From contig JBKJLC010000244.1 of assembly GCA_046597055.1 (NCBI GenBank), positions 1-64,000 on the forward strand: a stretch of DNA of 64,000 bases, written 5' to 3'. Both the position numbers and the translations under genes were made by a program. Positions 59,177 to 64,000 of the stretch are shown here, in pieces (position 1 is the first letter of the stretch; the number at the start of each line of letters is the position of its first letter). Source of the stretch: Kofleriaceae bacterium (GTDB lineage: Bacteria > Myxococcota_A > Polyangia > Haliangiales > Haliangiaceae). The notes under the pieces are model-generated. The model ran no database searches. It saw only the letters and a list, made by a program, of their open reading frames with translations, and was not told the origin of the DNA.

Positions 59177-61615
59177 ATGGTGCACGAGACTCGGGTGCCG
59201 GCGGCCTGGCCGCCGGTGCGGTTGCCGGTGCTGGCGGTGGCCGCTGCCGGCGGGATCGCGATATCGGGGGCGACCGGGTGGGCGCAGGCGTGGCCGCCGT
59301 GGGCGCTCCTCGCCGCGGTGGTCGTGATCGCCGGCGTGGTGCGCTCGGCGCCGCGGGTGTGGTGGCCGCTCGCCGTCGCGCTCGCGGCCGCCGCCCTGGC
59401 GGCGCACGAGCGCGTGCCGGCCGCGCCGCCGGCCGGCGTGATCGTCGGGGATCGCGAACCGGACGTGCTGACCGGCTGGGTGGCGGGGCCGATCACGACC
59501 TCGCGGTGGGGCATCGGGTTCGTGCTCGACACCGGCGACGCCACGGTGTGGGTGACCGCGCCCGACCCATCGGTCCTGCCCGGCGACCGCGTGACCGTGC
59601 GCGGGCGGGTGAGCGCGCCGCGCGGCTACCGCGATCCCGGCGCGCCCGATCGGCGGCAGATCGTGCGCGGGCGCGGCGCCGACTGGGAGGTGCATGCCCG
59701 GGGCATCGACCTCCTGGCCGCGGACGACCGGGCCAGCGCCTGGCGGTGGCCGGCGCAGGTCGCGCGCGCGGCGAGCGCACGGGTCGCGGTGCGCGGGGGG
59801 GACCGTCACGGCAACGCGCTGGTCCGGGCCGCGGTGCTCGGCGATCGCGCCGGCCTCGACGACGAGGTCGAGGCGGCCTGGCGCGCGGCCGGCGTGTACC
59901 ACGCGCTGTCGGTCAGCGGCCTGCACCTCGCGGTGGTCGCGCTGCTCGCGTTCCTCGCGGTCGGGCGCGGCTGGGCTGCGGTCGGGCTCGGCGCCTGGAT
60001 CGCGCCGCGGCGGGCGGCGGCGGCGGTCGCGTTGCCGCTGGCGCTCGGCTACACGCTGGTCACCGGTGCCCAGGTCGCGACCGTGCGCGCCATGGTGGTC
60101 GTCGCGGTCATGCTGATCGGCGAGCTGTGCGGCCGCCGTGCGCGCGCCGCCGACGTGCTCGGGCTGGCCGCGCTGCTGGTGCTCGGGCAGCGGCCGTCGA
60201 CGCTCTGGGACCCCGGGTTCCAGCTGTCGTTCGTGGCGGCGGCGACCCTGATCGTGGCAGCGGCCCGGCGCGAGGGCGGCGCGGAGATCGCGCCGCCGTG
60301 GCCGTGGCGAGCGGTGCGCGCGCTGGGCCGGACCCTCGCCACCTCGTGCGCGGTGGCGCTCGCGACCGCGCCGATCACGGCGGCGCACTTCCACGAAGTC
60401 GCGCTGGGCGGCGTGATTGGCAACCTGATCGCGACGCCGCTGATCGAGCTGGCCGCGATCCCGCTCGGGCTCGGCGGCGTGGCGCTGGCCGCGATCGCGC
60501 CGGTCGTCGGCGGGGTCGTGATCGATCTGGCGGTGGTGATCGCCGGGGTCACCGCGTGGCTGGTCGCGGCGCTCGCGGCCTGGACGCCGAGCCTGACCCT
60601 GCCACCCCCGTCGCCGCTCGAGCTGGTCGCGTGCGCGGGGCTGTGGTCGGCGTGGGCGCTCGGGCGGCTGCGGCCGGCGCGCGGCCGGGCCGCGCTGGCC
60701 ATCGCCGCGCTTGCGGCGCTGGGGCTATGTGGTTCGTGGGCCCTGCACGCGCACCGGCGCGGCGCCGACGACCGGCTCCGGATCACCTTCCTCGACGTCG
60801 GCCAGGGCGACGCCGCGGTACTCGAGCTGCCTGGCGGTGCGGTCTGGCTGGTCGATGCCGGCGGTTCGCCCGGCGCGGCCGGCGACGACCTGCGGGCGGC
60901 CGCGCGCCCCGGCGAGATCGTCGCGCGCTTCCTGCGCACGCGGCGGATCGACCGGGTCGACGTCGCGATCGTCAGTCACCCGCACCCGGACCACTACCTC
61001 GGGCTGCTCGCGGTGGCGGCGGCGATGCCGATCGACGAGCTGTGGATCGCCGCCGAGGACGGCGCCGACGACGCCGCGTTCACGCCGGTGCGGGCATGGC
61101 TGGAGGCCACCGGCACCCGCGTCGTGCACCCACCGCTGGCGGCGATCGAGGTCGGCGACGTGATCGTGCGCGTGCTGGCGCCGGGGTACGACCCGGGCGA
61201 CGGCGTGCGCGCGGTCGCGACCGCCGACCCGGTGCGCTCGGTCAACGACGACTCGATGGTGGTCGCGCTCGAGCGCGCCGGCCGTCGGGTCCTGTTCACC
61301 GGCGATCTGGAGGAGGAGGGCGAGGCCCTGCTCGCGGCCAGCGGCGCCGAGCTGGCGAGCGACGTGGTGAAGGTGCCCCACCACGGCAGCCCGACCTCGT
61401 CGAGCGCTGCCCTGGTCGCGGCGACCCGACCCGCCTACGCGGTGGTCTCGCTCGGTGCCGGCAACCGCTTTGGCTTCCCGGGGCCGGCGGTGGTCGCCCG
61501 CTGGCGAGCGGCGGGCACCCGCATCCTCCGCACCGACCAGGCCGGGGCCATCACGGTGTCGATCGATCGAGCCGGCACCCTCGCGGTGTCGACCTTCGAC
61601 CCGGCGCCGCCGTGA
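59177..61615 (+). CDS. comEC: Competence protein ComEC/Rec2
   Basis: HALSVSGLH, GFQLSF, FLDVGQGDA, SHPHPDH, NDDS, FTGD, KVPHHGS and RTDQAGAI. Confidence 0.95.
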   Translation: MVHETRVPAAWPPVRLPVLAVAAAGGIAISGATGWAQAWPPWALLAAVVVIAGVVRSAPRVWWPLAVALAAAALAAHERVPAAPPAGVIVGDREPDVLTGWVAGPITTSRWGIGFVLDTGDATVWVTAPDPSVLPGDRVTVRGRVSAPRGYRDPGAPDRRQIVRGRGADWEVHARGIDLLAADDRASAWRWPAQVARAASARVAVRGGDRHGNALVRAAVLGDRAGLDDEVEAAWRAAGVYHALSVSGLHLAVVALLAFLAVGRGWAAVGLGAWIAPRRAAAAVALPLALGYTLVTGAQVATVRAMVVVAVMLIGELCGRRARAADVLGLAALLVLGQRPSTLWDPGFQLSFVAAATLIVAAARREGGAEIAPPWPWRAVRALGRTLATSCAVALATAPITAAHFHEVALGGVIGNLIATPLIELAAIPLGLGGVALAAIAPVVGGVVIDLAVVIAGVTAWLVAALAAWTPSLTLPPPSPLELVACAGLWSAWALGRLRPARGRAALAIAALAALGLCGSWALHAHRRGADDRLRITFLDVGQGDAAVLELPGGAVWLVDAGGSPGAAGDDLRAAARPGEIVARFLRTRRIDRVDVAIVSHPHPDHYLGLLAVAAAMPIDELWIAAEDGADDAAFTPVRAWLEATGTRVVHPPLAAIEVGDVIVRVLAPGYDPGDGVRAVATADPVRSVNDDSMVVALERAGRRVLFTGDLEEEGEALLAASGAELASDVVKVPHHGSPTSSSAALVAATRPAYAVVSLGAGNRFGFPGPAVVARWRAAGTRILRTDQAGAITVSIDRAGTLAVSTFDPAPP

Positions 61616-61711
61616 AGGGACCCGGGCCCTTGTGGTCTAATGGGACGTGCTTTCCCTGCCTTACGACCGGCCGTGGCCGCCTGGCGCGCGTCGCGCGCAG
61701 CGAGCTGGCGC

Positions 61712-63564
<1,853 letters not shown>

Positions 63565-63568
<4 letters not shown>

Positions 63569-64000
63569 GCGCGATGACCGGCTCGGTCGAGCTGGACCCG
63601 CTGGCGGCGGCGGCTCGGCTCGCCGGTCGGCGCGGTCGCGTGCTCCTGCACAGCGGGCGCGACGACGACGGCTGTGGCGCCTGGTCGTTCCTGGCCGCCG
63701 AGCCGGTCGCCAGCCTCGAGGTGCGCGGGGCCGGCGAGACGGTGACGATCGTGCGGCGCGGACCCGGCGGCGTGCTGGTCGAGACCGGCACCGGCGATCC
63801 CCTCGCCGCGATCGCGGCGTTCGCCGCCGCCCACGGCGCCGGCCTCGACCTGGCCGGGGCCGGCGCGCAGGCTGTCCGGGGCCCGGACGGTCCCCGGCCG
63901 CGGGTGCTCGGCTACCTCGGCTACGATCTGGGCCGAGCGATCGAGCGGCTCGGGCCCGGTCCGACCCGCGGGGCCGACACGCCGGACGTCTGGCTCGGCG
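63565..64000 (+). CDS. Anthranilate synthase component I / aminodeoxychorismate synthase component I family, N-terminal part (truncated by window)
   Basis: Manual translation gives [22 protein letters not shown]...DPLAAI...[17 protein letters not shown] overlap with the upstream stop. Confidence 0.8.

Overview
A very GC-rich bacterial chromosomal segment, most consistent with a myxobacterium (Myxococcota). That assignment is inferred from an FHA-sigma54 activator, an AgmX/PglI-type protein, a membrane Ser/Thr kinase-ECF sigma pair, VIT/TPR proteins and many lipoproteins. It holds about 47 CDSs. Housekeeping genes include acnA, lexA, murJ, a fabH-like gene, a cold-shock gene, a phosphosugar mutase, an acyl-CoA ligase, comEC and a truncated pabB/trpE-family gene. 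These are mixed with exported hydrolases (alkaline phosphatase family, M1 and M43 peptidases, GH18, lipase) and signalling genes. I found no rRNA, tRNA, CRISPR array, transposase or integrase. Most notable: (1) an FHA-sigma54 activator with well-spaced -24/-12 promoters before itself and before the downstream AgmX/PglI-type gene, followed by a 48-aa exported-peptide sORF absent from the ORF track; (2) a modular REP-like repeat family recombined in three intergenic spacers; (3) an orphan papain/C39-like Cys-His-Asp protein divergent from a TetR-C45 operon with a double operator; (4) a TerB-like protein with an IF1/zeta-like N-terminal helix; (5) a lipoprotein lipase-FadL pair resembling Vibrio VolA/FadL2; (6) a hepta-heme hybrid cytochrome c; (7) a structured poly-G-loop 3' trailer of the csp gene. 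All domain calls come from recognising motifs by eye; no database search was run.
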